47,976 nt of DNA from a virus (taxonomy: Duplodnaviria; Heunggongvirae; Uroviricota; Caudoviricetes), in IMG/VR virus record IMGVR_UViG_3300037471_000830. One strand, given 5' to 3'. Positions 9,146 to 21,019 of the stretch are shown one piece after another (within the stretch, counting starts at the first letter, position 1; the number at the start of each line of letters is the position of its first letter). The notes under the pieces are model-generated. The model saw only the letters and a list, made by a program, of their open reading frames with translations. It did not search any database and had not been told where the DNA came from. A program made the translations under genes and the position numbers.

Positions 9146-9866
9146 CCGCCTGCTTGACGCCATGAAGGCCGAGGCCGCGCGTCGCTACCCCAATGAAGCG
9201 TGCGGTCTGGTGGTCGAGCAGCGGGGCAGGGCGATCCTGATCCCCTGTGAGAACGCCTCGGAATCGCCCCGTGACCGCTTTCGCATCACGCCGCAGGACT
9301 ACGGTCGCGCCGCCGACCAGGGTGAAGTCCTGGCGATCTGGCACAGCCACTGCGATGAGGAGGTCGCCAAGGCGTCCGAGTGGGACATCGAGTCGTGCAT
9401 GTTGTCCGATCTGCCCTGGTACATCCTGGGAGTCACAGGGCGAGAGGACGGGTTCGACTTCAGCGAAATCCTGGCGGTCGAACCCGAGCCGCTGCCCTAC
9501 CTGGGGCGGCCCTACGTCTTCGGCGTGCATGACTGCTGGACCCTTGCGCGCGACTGGTATCGCCAGGAGCTTGGCATCGAGCTTCGCGACTTCGTGCGCG
9601 CCGACAACTTCTGGATGCAAGGCGACGACCTGTTCGGCCGTGGCATCGAGCTGGCCGGCTTCGCCGAACTCAAGGGCCAGGAGCCACAGCCTGGCGACCT
9701 GTTCCTCTTTCGCACCGAGGGGCGACTGCCCAATCACGTCGCCATCTACCTCGGCGACGACCTGATCCTGCACCACTGCCACGGCCGCCTCTCGCGGCGC
9801 GAAACCTTCAGTGGTTTCTGGCAGCGGCACGTGACGCACCACACCCGCCACATATCCAAATGCTGA
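9138..9866 (+). CDS. Tail tip assembly protein K-like (JAB/Mov34 + NlpC/P60)
   Basis: EACG...HSH JAB motif, then DCWTL and NHVAIY NlpC/P60 motifs. ATG at 9138. Confidence 0.9.
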   Translation: MDDRLLDAMKAEAARRYPNEACGLVVEQRGRAILIPCENASESPRDRFRITPQDYGRAADQGEVLAIWHSHCDEEVAKASEWDIESCMLSDLPWYILGVTGREDGFDFSEILAVEPEPLPYLGRPYVFGVHDCWTLARDWYRQELGIELRDFVRADNFWMQGDDLFGRGIELAGFAELKGQEPQPGDLFLFRTEGRLPNHVAIYLGDDLILHHCHGRLSRRETFSGFWQRHVTHHTRHISKC

Positions 9867-10438
9867 GCACGGTAATTCTCGAAGGCCCGCTGGGCAAACA
9901 GTTCGGCCGCAAGTGGAAGCTCGCAGCCAGCACCCCTGGCGAGGCGCTGCGTCTGATCGAGGCGAACAAGCCAGGGCTTTTCACCTGGATTCGGGACAAC
10001 CTCAAGAAGTACAGCCGCTATCGCGTCCTGTGTGAATACGAGAACGGGCGCAGGGTCGAGTTTGATACCGACACGTTCAAGGCGGCAAATTCTGACGGCG
10101 CCAGAATCATTCGCTTCGTCCCTTTGATCGAAGGCGCAAGTGGCGCGGTCAAATTCGTGGTGGGGGCGATCCTGGTCGCGATCTCCTATTTCTTTCCCGT
10201 CACCGCGCCTTATCTGCTCAAACCTGGCCTGGCATTGATGGCGATGGGTGCGGCAGAAATGCTGATGGGTGGCAAGAAAGTCAAGTCCAACGAATCTAAG
10301 GACACGAGTTCCAATTACTTTGACGGCCCTGGCAATACTGACGCGCAGGGCGCTCCGGTGCCGCTGATTTACGGGCGCTGCCTTGTGGGTTCGCAGTGCA
10401 TTTCCATGCGAATCACGGTCGATCAAGTCGCTGTCTGA
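9860..10438 (+). CDS. Tail assembly protein I-like
   Basis: LEGPLGKQFGR...EALR...; C-terminal QGAPVPLIYG. Confidence 0.9.
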   Translation: MLSTVILEGPLGKQFGRKWKLAASTPGEALRLIEANKPGLFTWIRDNLKKYSRYRVLCEYENGRRVEFDTDTFKAANSDGARIIRFVPLIEGASGAVKFVVGAILVAISYFFPVTAPYLLKPGLALMAMGAAEMLMGGKKVKSNESKDTSSNYFDGPGNTDAQGAPVPLIYGRCLVGSQCISMRITVDQVAV

Positions 10439-10447
10439 CGAATTTCC

Positions 10448-13400
10448 ATGAACGAATCTCCAGATACCCTGCGGTCAAAGGCGATCATGTCGCTGGTCGA
10501 TTTGATCGGCGAAGGAAAGATCGGCGGTCTCGTCAACGGCTGTCAGTCCGTGTTCTTGAACGACACGCCGCTGCAAAACCCGGACGGCTCTTTCAACTTC
10601 AACAGCGTGACGGTTGATGCGTCCTGTGTGGGTACGCCCACCCAGGCGCCGTTGCAAAGCATGTCGGACATTGAAACGCCCAGCTCCTTCGGTGGCTCGG
10701 CGGTGAAGGTGCGCAAGGACACGCCCAAGACCTTCACCATCACGAACGCCGACGCGGATCAGGTGCGGATCGTGATGTACGTCCCGGCCTTGATGACCAC
10801 GAACTCGGACAACGGGGATGTGTACGGCTCCAAGGTCCAGTACAAGTTCCAGATCGCCTCCAAGGTCAATGGCTCGTATGGGGCCTACCAGGACATCAAT
10901 GCCGATCTGACCTATGGCGGGGACAACAGCGGCACCAGCGGGATGGAGGGCGGGTATCTGACCGCCTACGCGCCAGGTGGTGCCCTGGGTCTGTCGGCGC
11001 TCGTGGTGGCGCGTGGCCCTGTTGCGGACTACGAAGCCGGTGGCACGACGGGGCACATCACCGCGCAAGCGCAATACTGGAACGGCAGCGCCTGGGTCAA
11101 CTTGGGGGCGACCTTTGACCTGATTCCGACAACGCTGACGCTGCGACAGGTCAATCGCGGTCTCGGCACCTCTGGTGCTTTCGGGGCCAGGGTCGAGTTT
11201 CCCTGGCGTGAGGCATATGCGTCCAAGATTCGGTTTGTCGTCGCGGCCAAGGTCCAGACGACGGACTACAGCGGCAGCCCGGTGGGCGACATCACGCTGG
11301 AGTGCCTGAACATCAAGTCGATCGTTGCCACGCCCGTCGTGACGATGGAAGGCAAGGTCAAGGGCAAGTACCAGCGTCAGCACCTGCTGACCCTGCCCAA
11401 GCCCGCGAGCGAGTGGACGATCAGGATCAACCGGCTCACGGACGACGATCCGCCCGTAACGGTCCAGAACGAGCTCTACGCCGAGTCCTATACCGAAATC
11501 ACCAACCTCAAGCTGAACTACCCCAACTCGGCGGTGTTCGCGGTGTCGGTGGACTCCTCCACGCTCAGCTCCATCCCGCGCCGCTCCTATCTGGTGGACG
11601 GGCTGCTCATCAGCGTGCCGAGCAACCGCGTGGTCAACGCCGATGGCAGCGTGACCTACAGCGGCGTGTGGGACGGCACGTTCAAGGCGAACAAGGAGGT
11701 CTGTGACAACCCGGCGTGGGTGCTCTACGACCTCCTGACGAATTCGCGCTACGGGCTGGGCCAGTTCGTCACGCCCGGTCTGGTGGACAAGGCCAAGCTC
11801 TACGAAATCGGCAAGTATTGCGACGGCCTGGTATCCAATGGCGTCGGCGGCTGGGAGCGTCGCTTCACCGTCAACACCGTCATCAACGAGGCCAAGGAAG
11901 CCTACGAGCTGATCGTGGAGCTGTGCGCGGTCTTTCGCGGCATGGCTTTCTGGAACGGCGGCATGGTCTGCTTCACGCAGGACGCACCGCGCGACGCCGG
12001 CATGGTGTACGGCAACGCCAACGTCATCGACGGTCTGTTCACCTACAGCGGCACCGCGCGCAAGGATCGCCACACGGTCGCGCTCATCACCTGGAACGAT
12101 CCGAACCAGAACTACCGGCAGGCAGTCGAGTACGTCGAGGAGTCCACGCTCGTTGCCAAGTACGGCATTCGCAAGCTGGAGATGAATGCCTTCGGCTGCA
12201 CCAGCCGCGCGATGGCGGTCCGCATCGGCCGCTGGGCGCTCTACACGGAGCGCGACGAATCGGACGTGATCAGCTTCAAGGTCGGTCTGGACAGCGCCCT
12301 GGTCCTGCCCGGCGAAGTGATCAGCATCAACGACCAATACCGCGCCGGCAAGCGCATGGCGGGCCGCGTCGTGTCGGCCACCACGACCTCGGCAACGCTG
12401 GATGCGCCCGTGACGCTGAGCGCAGCCAATGCATCGGTATCCATGCGGCTGCCGGACGGCACCTTCGCCACCCGCACCGTGACCAATGGCGCTGGTACTT
12501 TCACGACGCTGAACTGGAGCAGCGCGCTTGCAGCTACGCCGCTGCCCAACGCCATGTTCATCGTCGCCGAGGCTGCGGGTGGTCTCCAGCCTCTGATGGC
12601 TCGCGTGATCGGCATTGGGCAGGACGAGGAGAACAGCAGCAATCTCGTGATCTCCGCCCTGGAGCACAACCCGGGCAAGTTCGACGCCATCGAGAATGGC
12701 TTGGCGCTGCAAGTGCCCGAAACGTCCGTCATCGATTCGACGGCAGTCATGGCGCCGATCGAGTTCGCAGCCACGCAGTCCACCTACCAGGCCGCAAACG
12801 GCGTGGCCGGAATCCGCGTCACGCTGACTTGGCAGGGCAACTGTTCGTCGTATGAGGTCCAGTGGCGTCGCGCGGGCTCGTCCGACAACTGGAACGTCAT
12901 CACCACGTCCTCCCTGAGCGTGGACATCGACGGCGTGAGCGCGGACCAGTACGAGTTCAGGATCACGGGCGTCAGCGCGCTGGGCCGGCGCTCCGTCACG
13001 TCCACGCTGGCGTACACCGTAGTTGGTTCGGGCCTGGCGCCGGCCGATGTGACGGGCTTGGCTGTTGCGGTGCAAGACGCAGGCATTCGCATCACCTGGA
13101 ACGCCTGCACCAGTCCTTCCTTCGTGCAAACGCGCCTGCGGGTGGGCGCCTCCTGGAGCGCGGGCGAGCCCATCTACGGCGGGCGCGAGACCGCCTGCCT
13201 GTGGCCGTTTCAGCAAGTGGGTTCGTACACCGTGCGCGCGAAGCACGAAGCCCTGGGCAGCGTGCTCAGCGTGAACGAAGCGACCGCCAGCGTCACGATT
13301 CTTGCCCCGGGATCGGTGACTCCCACTGGCGTTGTGCAAACCCCGGGCATCGCGACGCTGAGCTGGACGGGTACAGGCAAGACGACGCAGCCCATCAGCT

Positions 13401-14917
13401 ACTACGAGGTTCGCCTCGGTGCGTCTGGTTCGTCGGCCGGTAGCGCCGCTGACGCAGGTCGCGCGTCGGCCGGATCAACCTCCTGGCCCATCAACATCGC
13501 CAGCAACGGCGCCAAGCGCATCTTCATTCGTCCGGTGGACGCAGCGGGCAATGTCGGCACCTGGGCGCAGTACGACTTCACGGCCACGACCGGCCTGACG
13601 GCAGACACCACGCCGGCTGCCGCGCTGGCGTCCTTCACGGCCACGACCGGCTTCGCCTCGGTGTGGCTGACCTGGACGGAGCCCAACTACACCAACGGCG
13701 GCGGTCACGGCGCGGTTAACGTGTACCGGGCCGACTGGAGTTCCGGCCCCACGCAGCCCGCCTGGTCCAGTGCGGTGCGCGTGGGCACGGTGCAGCGCGG
13801 CACCAACAACTTCATCGACCCCATCGGCGTCAGCAAGAAGGCGGTGTACTGGCTCAAGAACGAGACCATCAACGGCGTTGAGCAGACCAACCCGACCGGC
13901 ACGACGGTTGCGGCCAATGCGGCCGGTGTGCTCGTACAGACCACGACCATCGGCAACACCGACCTCGGGCCGCTGGTGGTGGAGGCGAGCAACCTCGCCA
14001 ACGGCGCGGTCGGAGCTACGCAGCTTGCCGCCCAGGCAATTGATGCGACCAAGTTCGCCAACTCCATTGATCCTGTTGGCGTGGTCAGCGCGCTGCCGAC
14101 TGCCATCTTCACGCGCGCCAGTACCGCAACCTATGTGGACGCCGGCCTGGTCAAGACCGCCGCCGCCAACGAGCCGCGCTGGCAGGGTGGGGTGCTGCTG
14201 CTCGAAGCGGCCAAAACCAACCTGCTGCTGCGCAGCTCAACTTTCAACACTGGCTGGGGTACGTTCGGCACGCTGACGGTGGCGCCCGATGCCACGGTCG
14301 CACCGGACGGCACCCTTACTGCCGACAAGCTCACTTCGGGCTCGGCGGACGCCGGCATTTTCCAGGGGGTGTCTGGACTCACTGCCGGCTCTACTTACAC
14401 CGGCTCCGTGTGGCTGCGCGCGGACACGCCCTGTCAGATCGGCATTTTCATCACCGAGACAACTGGAGGCAGCGGGAACACGCAAGTGGTGGTGAACGTA
14501 ACGACGCAGTGGCAGCGGTTTAGCGTGACTCGCGTGCTGGGCGCCAGCGTGACCGGGGCTTCGTTCCAGATCGGCGGCGCAAGCTCGTTCACTACGGGCG
14601 AGGCGGTGTATGCCTGGGGCGCACAGCTCGAACTTGGCAGTCTCTCCAGTCTCATCCCGACGACTACCGCGCAAGTCACCCGCGCTGCGGACGTGGACGG
14701 CTACAAGACGCCGCGCACGGTACTGCTGACCACGGATGGCAAGCTCTATCGGCTCAACTACGCGACGGCATCCTTCGTGTCCAACATCGAGGCAGGCGAC
14801 CTCAGCGGCCAGATAGGCAACTCGCAGATCGGGCCTGGTGCCGTCAACGATGCCTCGCTGGCGGCCGGCGCCGTCAAGGCCGAGAAGCTTGCCATTCGCA
14901 AACACGTCATTTCGTAG
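10448..14917 (+). CDS. Central tail fibre / host specificity protein J-like (1489 aa)
   Basis: DLIGEGKIGGL...LNDTPL, NPAWVLYDLLTNSRYGLG, FN3 repeats, and a C-terminal carbohydrate-binding-like insert. Confidence 0.92.
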   Translation: MNESPDTLRSKAIMSLVDLIGEGKIGGLVNGCQSVFLNDTPLQNPDGSFNFNSVTVDASCVGTPTQAPLQSMSDIETPSSFGGSAVKVRKDTPKTFTITNADADQVRIVMYVPALMTTNSDNGDVYGSKVQYKFQIASKVNGSYGAYQDINADLTYGGDNSGTSGMEGGYLTAYAPGGALGLSALVVARGPVADYEAGGTTGHITAQAQYWNGSAWVNLGATFDLIPTTLTLRQVNRGLGTSGAFGARVEFPWREAYASKIRFVVAAKVQTTDYSGSPVGDITLECLNIKSIVATPVVTMEGKVKGKYQRQHLLTLPKPASEWTIRINRLTDDDPPVTVQNELYAESYTEITNLKLNYPNSAVFAVSVDSSTLSSIPRRSYLVDGLLISVPSNRVVNADGSVTYSGVWDGTFKANKEVCDNPAWVLYDLLTNSRYGLGQFVTPGLVDKAKLYEIGKYCDGLVSNGVGGWERRFTVNTVINEAKEAYELIVELCAVFRGMAFWNGGMVCFTQDAPRDAGMVYGNANVIDGLFTYSGTARKDRHTVALITWNDPNQNYRQAVEYVEESTLVAKYGIRKLEMNAFGCTSRAMAVRIGRWALYTERDESDVISFKVGLDSALVLPGEVISINDQYRAGKRMAGRVVSATTTSATLDAPVTLSAANASVSMRLPDGTFATRTVTNGAGTFTTLNWSSALAATPLPNAMFIVAEAAGGLQPLMARVIGIGQDEENSSNLVISALEHNPGKFDAIENGLALQVPETSVIDSTAVMAPIEFAATQSTYQAANGVAGIRVTLTWQGNCSSYEVQWRRAGSSDNWNVITTSSLSVDIDGVSADQYEFRITGVSALGRRSVTSTLAYTVVGSGLAPADVTGLAVAVQDAGIRITWNACTSPSFVQTRLRVGASWSAGEPIYGGRETACLWPFQQVGSYTVRAKHEALGSVLSVNEATASVTILAPGSVTPTGVVQTPGIATLSWTGTGKTTQPISYYEVRLGASGSSAGSAADAGRASAGSTSWPINIASNGAKRIFIRPVDAAGNVGTWAQYDFTATTGLTADTTPAAALASFTATTGFASVWLTWTEPNYTNGGGHGAVNVYRADWSSGPTQPAWSSAVRVGTVQRGTNNFIDPIGVSKKAVYWLKNETINGVEQTNPTGTTVAANAAGVLVQTTTIGNTDLGPLVVEASNLANGAVGATQLAAQAIDATKFANSIDPVGVVSALPTAIFTRASTATYVDAGLVKTAAANEPRWQGGVLLLEAAKTNLLLRSSTFNTGWGTFGTLTVAPDATVAPDGTLTADKLTSGSADAGIFQGVSGLTAGSTYTGSVWLRADTPCQIGIFITETTGGSGNTQVVVNVTTQWQRFSVTRVLGASVTGASFQIGGASSFTTGEAVYAWGAQLELGSLSSLIPTTTAQVTRAADVDGYKTPRTVLLTTDGKLYRLNYATASFVSNIEAGDLSGQIGNSQIGPGAVNDASLAAGAVKAEKLAIRKHVIS

Positions 14918-14924
14918 GATAATC

Positions 14925-14938
14925 AGTCATCAGTGAAT
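14925..14938. promoter_or_regulatory. Dispersed motif copy (AGTCA-TCAG-TGAAT)
   Basis: In the J-fibre intergenic gap, preceded by TAGGATAATC as at 1666. Confidence 0.75.
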
Positions 14939-14965
14939 GATTAAGCGCGAGATGGCGCGTCCGCA

Positions 14966-17900
14966 ATGAGCTACACGGTTTCAAACAACAGCCCCTCGGC
15001 CGGCTACATCGCATGGGCTGGTGTTCACATCACGTTCGATGGCGTGACCTACACCGTCAACAACGCCAACACGAACAAGAAGTACGCCTATTGGGTCAAG
15101 GCGGACTTCGCGACGAACGCTACGGGCTCGCTGCGGACTTCGGACACCTACCCGACGCTGGGCGCGGACGACTGCGTGGTATTCGTGAACAAGAACGGCG
15201 TCTGCACGTCCGCTCTTGATTCGGCCGCTGTGGACGGCTCCCTGGTGGTGCCCGGCACGATCATGGCCGAGGCCATTGCGGCAAACCAGATCGGTGCCAC
15301 GCACATCCTCGCTGGATCAATCACCACTGACAAACTTCTGGTCACGGCACGCGGCTCCGCGCTCAATGCGGACCCGTACATGCTGGACCTGTCGGCGTGG
15401 ATCGGTCCGGCGTCGCTGACTGTGGCGAGCGGCCTGATGACGACGGCGGCCGGCATCAAGTCGGACGTTTACACCCGGGCGCCCATCCTCCCGCTTGACG
15501 CGACCAAGAACCACCGCCTCGAAATCACGTTGAGACAGGAGGGCGCGACCGCTGGCACTGCCTACATTGGCGTCATCTGGCTTGACGCCAATGGCAACGC
15601 TCTGCCGTCCAACGCGGCGCCCATCGCCGGCACAACGACCGGCTGGAACAACGGCACGTATTCGTATTACGGACTGCTCGGCACCGTCGTGCCGGCAACG
15701 GACACGACCTACAGCGTCAACTTCGGCCCGGACGAAGCCTTCAACATTCCCGCCGCCGCGAAGGGCGTGAAGCCCATCCTGCTGCTCAACTACAACACCA
15801 CGGCCGGCGCCGTGATGAAGGTGAGCAAGGTCCACTTGTCGCAGCGCGTGGACGCCAACCTTATCGTTGACGGTTCAATCAAGGCAGGAAAGCTCGATGT
15901 AAACGCTGTGACTTCCGGCACCGTGGCGGCAGGTGCGATTTCCGCCCGGGAGCTTGCCGTGGGTGCTGTCACGGCTGACCGCGTGCTCATCACGGGCAGG
16001 GGGCGTGCGCTCAACGACGACCCCAATTGCCAGGATGCCTCCGCGTGGAGTGACTTGTCGGGCTCTGGCACCTTTGTGCCCGCATCCGTCGCCGATGGCA
16101 ACGTGGGCAGCTCGATCCTGCGCATCACCGGGCAGAAGGCGGTTGCTTCTCGCGCCGTGGGCGTGGTGGATGGCGGACGCTACAAGGTCACTGCGCTGCT
16201 GCGCAAGTCCGTGGCAGGCACGGGCACGACCTACTTGCGCTTCGAGTGCCGTGATGCGGCAGGAGCTTTCACGAGCTATATGGCGACCGCTTTGGCGCCC
16301 GTCACCACGGGCACGCTGGAAGGTCGCAGCCTCACAAGCTCGACCTGGGAGCGTTGGACCGGGTATGTCACCGCCGCAGCCGGCAGCGTCACCGGGCGGT
16401 TGTGCCTGTATGCCAACTGGCTGGCCGGCAGCACGGGTGTTACCGAAGTTCAAGACCTGCGGGTCGAGGAATACATCGGCGCTGACCTGATCGTGCCTGG
16501 CGCGATCCAAGCGGGACACCTGGGAGCAGGCTCTATCGCGGTAGGCACCGCAGCAGTCGAAGCTGCAGCGATCACGTCCGCGATGATCGGCAGCGTCAAC
16601 GCCGACACCATCAACGCGGGCACCTTGAATGCCGCGCGCATTGGTGCAGGCACCCTCGATGCGTCGAAGATCGACAGCCGTGGCCTGTCCATCAAGGACG
16701 CTGCCGGCAACGTGATCCTGGCTGCCGGCACGGGGCTGTCCGGCAGCAGCACGACCGTAGTGGGCTCGGAGTTCCAGGCGACGCGCGCTTGGAACTTTTC
16801 GGGCACCGCTGACGGCTGGGCGGTGGTGAGCGGCTGCACGCTGACTGCAAACACCAACTCAATCACGGTCAGCTCGTCCGGCGCCGATCCGATCATTGCC
16901 GCCACGAGCCTGAGCATCGCCGGGTCGCTCAACACCAAGGTTCGCGCCCGCGTGCGTCGAATCGCCGGCGCGGGTTGGGACGGCACGCTGTTCTATTCGA
17001 CGGCAGGGCACGGCTGGAGCTCCAGCTACATGAAGAACATCGGCGCCCCCGCTGGCTCGGGCTGGGTGGTGCTGGAGTGGGATATGGCGTCCCTGACCGC
17101 TGGCGGCACGGACTGGATCAGCAACACCGTCACCGGATTGCGCCTTGACCTGGGCAGTACCGCAGCAGATCAGTTCGAGATTGACTGGATCGCGGTGGGC
17201 GGCACGTCGCCCGCGTCCTACGGCGCAGCGTGGGGCGATGTGTCCTCGCGCCCCGTGTCCTATCGCGCAGTGTCGCGCGGACTTAGCAGCACTACCCACC
17301 CGACAGGGCCGGGACTCTATGACGCAGAAACCAACAGCCTGATTTTCAGCCCTATTACCAGCGGCTATGCGGTGTACCGAATCACTCGGCCCACAGGTCA
17401 ATGGGCCAATGCTGCTGCGATTTTCAACATTTACGCATCTTCCTCTGACCTGACGGACATGGTGACGTACCTGAATGCCATCGGCAGTTCGGAAATCGTC
17501 ATCATCACGACCTACGACGAACCAAAAGCAAACCGGCTGGACCCGGCGCTCGCCGCTGCGATGTATCGTCATGGCGCCAGCCGAGCAGTGTTCGGAAGCC
17601 CCTCGTTCAAGTCACGCGCCGCCTATGTCCTGGTGGGCATCGGTGCGTGCGGCGAGGGCAATGGTTTTGAGGCGTACCAGGGCAGCGTGGACAACGACAC
17701 GAATGCCTGGTGTGACGCGGCATTCCAGGTCCAAAACGGCAACCTGATCGTCAGCGGCACGTCCGCGACCCCGCGCACGCTGGCGGACTACAGCTACACG
17801 GGCGACCTCAACGCCAGCTCCGACATCCTGTTGACCGCCTCCAGTGGCATCGCGCTGACTGGCAATGCAGCTAAAAAGACCGGTGGCAGTGGCGCTGCTT

Positions 17901-20900
17901 GGGATCAGCAGGTTTACAGCCGTGATAGCTACACCGGAGGCGCCTACGTCAGCGCAGTTCCGTCGCAAAACAACCTGGCGCTGATGTTCGGGTTGAACTC
18001 GGACCCGGCTACGGACGCCAGCTTCACCAGCATCGACTACGCGATGTATGCCGGTGCTGATGGCAGCCTGTATGCGTATGAGTCGAACGTGTCGAAGGGC
18101 GTGATTGGCTCATACGTTGCGGGCGATGTGCTGGCTGTCACCTATGACGGCTCAAACGTCCGGTACATGAAGGGCGGCACCATCCTGCGCACGGTCAGCG
18201 CAACGATCGCCGCGCCGCTGTTCTTCGACAGCTCGTTTTACAGCCTCAACGCGCAATTGACCTCCCTGCGTTTCGGGCCGATGACGAGCAACGCCTGGAG
18301 CAGCGTTGGTGGCGCAGGCAAGCCCGAAGACAACGCGACTGTAGGCGCTCCTGCCGGCACGTTCGTCAACGGGGTGCCTGTGGCGACCATCACGCAGGCG
18401 GTGACGGACTTCAACAGCTCGAATAACCGCAACTCCAAGCCGGTCGGGGCACCCACTATCGTGACCACTGGCGCGTCTGTGGACCACACGATCCAGACCA
18501 ACGGCTCTGCCGATGTGTCGTTTGAGTGGGCGTGGTCCACCGCTGGCGTTGTTACGGGCAGCATTTCCGGCACGACCCTGACCGTTGCCGCCGTCACGTC
18601 CGGTTCGCTGTGCGTTGGAATGGCGCTCACCGGAACTGGCGTCACCGCAGGCACCTACATTACCGCGCTGGGCACGGGCACGGGCGGCACCGGCACCTAC
18701 ACCGTCAGCACGTCGCAAACCGTCGCCAGCACGACGATTACCGGCACGGGCTCGGAGGGTGATATTGATGGCTTCCTCGTGTACGTCTATCAGACGACGC
18801 TGGGCACCGCGACTTTCAACGCCACCGCCACCGGCGTCGATGTGGCGAACAACGTCATCACGACGACTGCCGCACACGGATTTGTGACGGGGCAACCGCT
18901 GGTGTACTCCAACGCCGGGGGTACGACCGTGGGAGGGCTGACGCAGGGTGGCACCTACTACGCCATCAACGCCAGCGCCACAACCCTGAAGTTGGCGACC
19001 AGCGAGCCCAACGCCATCGCAGGCACGGCCATAGACCTGACGGCAGCAGGCACCGGCACGCAAAATTTCTCGGGCGGCAAGGCGTACACGCTGGGCACGC
19101 TGCCGGCAAGCGAAACCGTCTATCAGGTTCCGGCGAGCAAGCGAGCCTTCATCCTGTTCGGCACGGCGGCTGACCGCTGCTACACCTTTGGCGTGCGGGC
19201 CTATCGTGCGGTGGACAAGGCCGTCAACAGTGCCGGTCTGATCCAGAGCACGCTGGTCAAGCCCGGACTCGGCAGTGAGAACCCTTACACGCCTTCGCGC
19301 ATCGTCGCGTTTGCAGGCAACGTCACGGGCACTGTCAACGGCATCTCCGCGACAAACGTCAACGTGTGGTCCGCGATCTCTGGCGCGGGCAGGCCCGAGG
19401 ACGGCGCGACGGTGGGTGCGAACTGGAGCACCAATCTCACCGGCATCCCGTACCAACAAATCCTCAACAACGAGGACAGCGCCGCGCTGGGGTTTTACCC
19501 CAACTTCAACGACTGGACCGGCGCGGCTCCCGCGACCTGGACGCAGTACGCCTCGGCGGTGCCGACCAAGAGCACGCTGACTGGACGCACGACGCCTGCG
19601 GCACGCTTTGTCGTTGGATCGGGCGGACAGGGCGGACTCTACAAGCAATACAACTTCGCCAACCCGCTGCCTGCCGGCACGTTCTTGTCGGGCTCTCTGG
19701 ACGTGTACTTGGAGGCATACACCAGCGGCAAGCCAGGCATCCTGGTGGACCTCATCACGTCTGCGGACGGCGTTTCGTATGACCGCACGCCTACCGTGGT
19801 GCCGTCCACGACAACGGGTAGCTGGCAGCGACTGCTCTGGACCGCGCGTGCGGGTGCGGGCAAGTCGATTTACGGCATCCGCATTTACCTGATGGCGTCG
19901 TACACCGGATTCGCCACGGGCGGCTTCGTCGGGACCGTGCTGTTCGATGCCCTGCGCTTTGCCCTGTTCGACAGCTCCGTGGACAACAAGGCGGTGACCA
20001 TCGGCAGCGACGGGACGCTGACGGGCGCGGGCGGGGGCCAGGTCACGATCACGGGCCTGGGGTACACGGGCGACCTCAATGCGTCGTCCGAGCTGACCTT
20101 TGTCGCCAGCGGCGGCGTCACTGTTGCGGGTAACAAGCTGACCCGCACTGCGGCTGGTTCGTCCTGGGACCAAGGCGCCTATTCGCGCGAACACTATACG
20201 GGTGGCTGCTTCGCCTCGGCGCGCGCTGTGAACGCCACAACGAGCCTGATGTTCGGACTCAATTCGGACCCTTCGACCGATAACGGCTACGCCGGCATTG
20301 ACTACGCGATCTATCTGAACTCGGGCACGCTGCGCATATATCAGGGCGGCACGCAGATTGGTAACGGGTACGGCACTTACGCTGCTGGCGACGTGCTGAC
20401 CGTCGCTTATGACGGCTCCTTTGTGCGGTACTACAAGAACGGCGTTGCATTCGGAACCCCGGTCTCCGTGATCATCACTGCGCCGCTGTACTTCGACAGC
20501 AGCTTTGTTGCGCCGAACGCCAGCATCGAAGCAGTGCGCTTTGGTCCTTACGGCAACCCGTCCGCAATCCAGCCCAGCAACCCGATTACGCCGACCAATG
20601 CAGCGGTATACATCTCGGACCTCGCCGTAGATACCCTGCAAATTGCAAATAACGCCATTACGGTTCCGGCATCCCAGATGATTCCTGCGCAGCTTTATGG
20701 GCAGGTTGGGTATATGTCCTCAATGGCGGCTTCTGTGGACATGGGGTCCAGCGTCGGCAACATATTTGTCAGCGTCACGCTCAATACCTACAACCCCAAC
20801 AAAACAACAAACACCATCACCATAAGCAAGAACGGAACCGCCCTCATCAGCTACACAGGGTTGACGTACCCATCATCGGGGAGTAATGCCAATTGCACAC

Positions 20901-21019
20901 TGACTTATGTGATAACCAACGCTACGGGGGTTAACTCAATTACCGTGACGATGGATGGGCAAAACTCGACCAACTACATAATCCAAGGCACTCTGTTTGC
21001 GATAGGTACAAAGAGATGA
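14966..21019 (+). CDS. Giant multidomain tail fibre / adhesin (2017 aa)
   Basis: GTITADK-like shaft repeats, galactose-binding-like modules, an ILEI/PANDER-like domain, two SPRY/ConA-like repeats, an FN3-like domain with inserts, and an AT-rich tip. Confidence 0.85.
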   Translation: MSYTVSNNSPSAGYIAWAGVHITFDGVTYTVNNANTNKKYAYWVKADFATNATGSLRTSDTYPTLGADDCVVFVNKNGVCTSALDSAAVDGSLVVPGTIMAEAIAANQIGATHILAGSITTDKLLVTARGSALNADPYMLDLSAWIGPASLTVASGLMTTAAGIKSDVYTRAPILPLDATKNHRLEITLRQEGATAGTAYIGVIWLDANGNALPSNAAPIAGTTTGWNNGTYSYYGLLGTVVPATDTTYSVNFGPDEAFNIPAAAKGVKPILLLNYNTTAGAVMKVSKVHLSQRVDANLIVDGSIKAGKLDVNAVTSGTVAAGAISARELAVGAVTADRVLITGRGRALNDDPNCQDASAWSDLSGSGTFVPASVADGNVGSSILRITGQKAVASRAVGVVDGGRYKVTALLRKSVAGTGTTYLRFECRDAAGAFTSYMATALAPVTTGTLEGRSLTSSTWERWTGYVTAAAGSVTGRLCLYANWLAGSTGVTEVQDLRVEEYIGADLIVPGAIQAGHLGAGSIAVGTAAVEAAAITSAMIGSVNADTINAGTLNAARIGAGTLDASKIDSRGLSIKDAAGNVILAAGTGLSGSSTTVVGSEFQATRAWNFSGTADGWAVVSGCTLTANTNSITVSSSGADPIIAATSLSIAGSLNTKVRARVRRIAGAGWDGTLFYSTAGHGWSSSYMKNIGAPAGSGWVVLEWDMASLTAGGTDWISNTVTGLRLDLGSTAADQFEIDWIAVGGTSPASYGAAWGDVSSRPVSYRAVSRGLSSTTHPTGPGLYDAETNSLIFSPITSGYAVYRITRPTGQWANAAAIFNIYASSSDLTDMVTYLNAIGSSEIVIITTYDEPKANRLDPALAAAMYRHGASRAVFGSPSFKSRAAYVLVGIGACGEGNGFEAYQGSVDNDTNAWCDAAFQVQNGNLIVSGTSATPRTLADYSYTGDLNASSDILLTASSGIALTGNAAKKTGGSGAAWDQQVYSRDSYTGGAYVSAVPSQNNLALMFGLNSDPATDASFTSIDYAMYAGADGSLYAYESNVSKGVIGSYVAGDVLAVTYDGSNVRYMKGGTILRTVSATIAAPLFFDSSFYSLNAQLTSLRFGPMTSNAWSSVGGAGKPEDNATVGAPAGTFVNGVPVATITQAVTDFNSSNNRNSKPVGAPTIVTTGASVDHTIQTNGSADVSFEWAWSTAGVVTGSISGTTLTVAAVTSGSLCVGMALTGTGVTAGTYITALGTGTGGTGTYTVSTSQTVASTTITGTGSEGDIDGFLVYVYQTTLGTATFNATATGVDVANNVITTTAAHGFVTGQPLVYSNAGGTTVGGLTQGGTYYAINASATTLKLATSEPNAIAGTAIDLTAAGTGTQNFSGGKAYTLGTLPASETVYQVPASKRAFILFGTAADRCYTFGVRAYRAVDKAVNSAGLIQSTLVKPGLGSENPYTPSRIVAFAGNVTGTVNGISATNVNVWSAISGAGRPEDGATVGANWSTNLTGIPYQQILNNEDSAALGFYPNFNDWTGAAPATWTQYASAVPTKSTLTGRTTPAARFVVGSGGQGGLYKQYNFANPLPAGTFLSGSLDVYLEAYTSGKPGILVDLITSADGVSYDRTPTVVPSTTTGSWQRLLWTARAGAGKSIYGIRIYLMASYTGFATGGFVGTVLFDALRFALFDSSVDNKAVTIGSDGTLTGAGGGQVTITGLGYTGDLNASSELTFVASGGVTVAGNKLTRTAAGSSWDQGAYSREHYTGGCFASARAVNATTSLMFGLNSDPSTDNGYAGIDYAIYLNSGTLRIYQGGTQIGNGYGTYAAGDVLTVAYDGSFVRYYKNGVAFGTPVSVIITAPLYFDSSFVAPNASIEAVRFGPYGNPSAIQPSNPITPTNAAVYISDLAVDTLQIANNAITVPASQMIPAQLYGQVGYMSSMAASVDMGSSVGNIFVSVTLNTYNPNKTTNTITISKNGTALISYTGLTYPSSGSNANCTLTYVITNATGVNSITVTMDGQNSTNYIIQGTLFAIGTKR

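Noticed and set aside
17795-20550. Possible diversity-generating retroelement TR/VR pair in the fibre gene
   Set aside because: The repeats are diverged paralogous domains differing at all base types, and there is no reverse transcriptase in the window.
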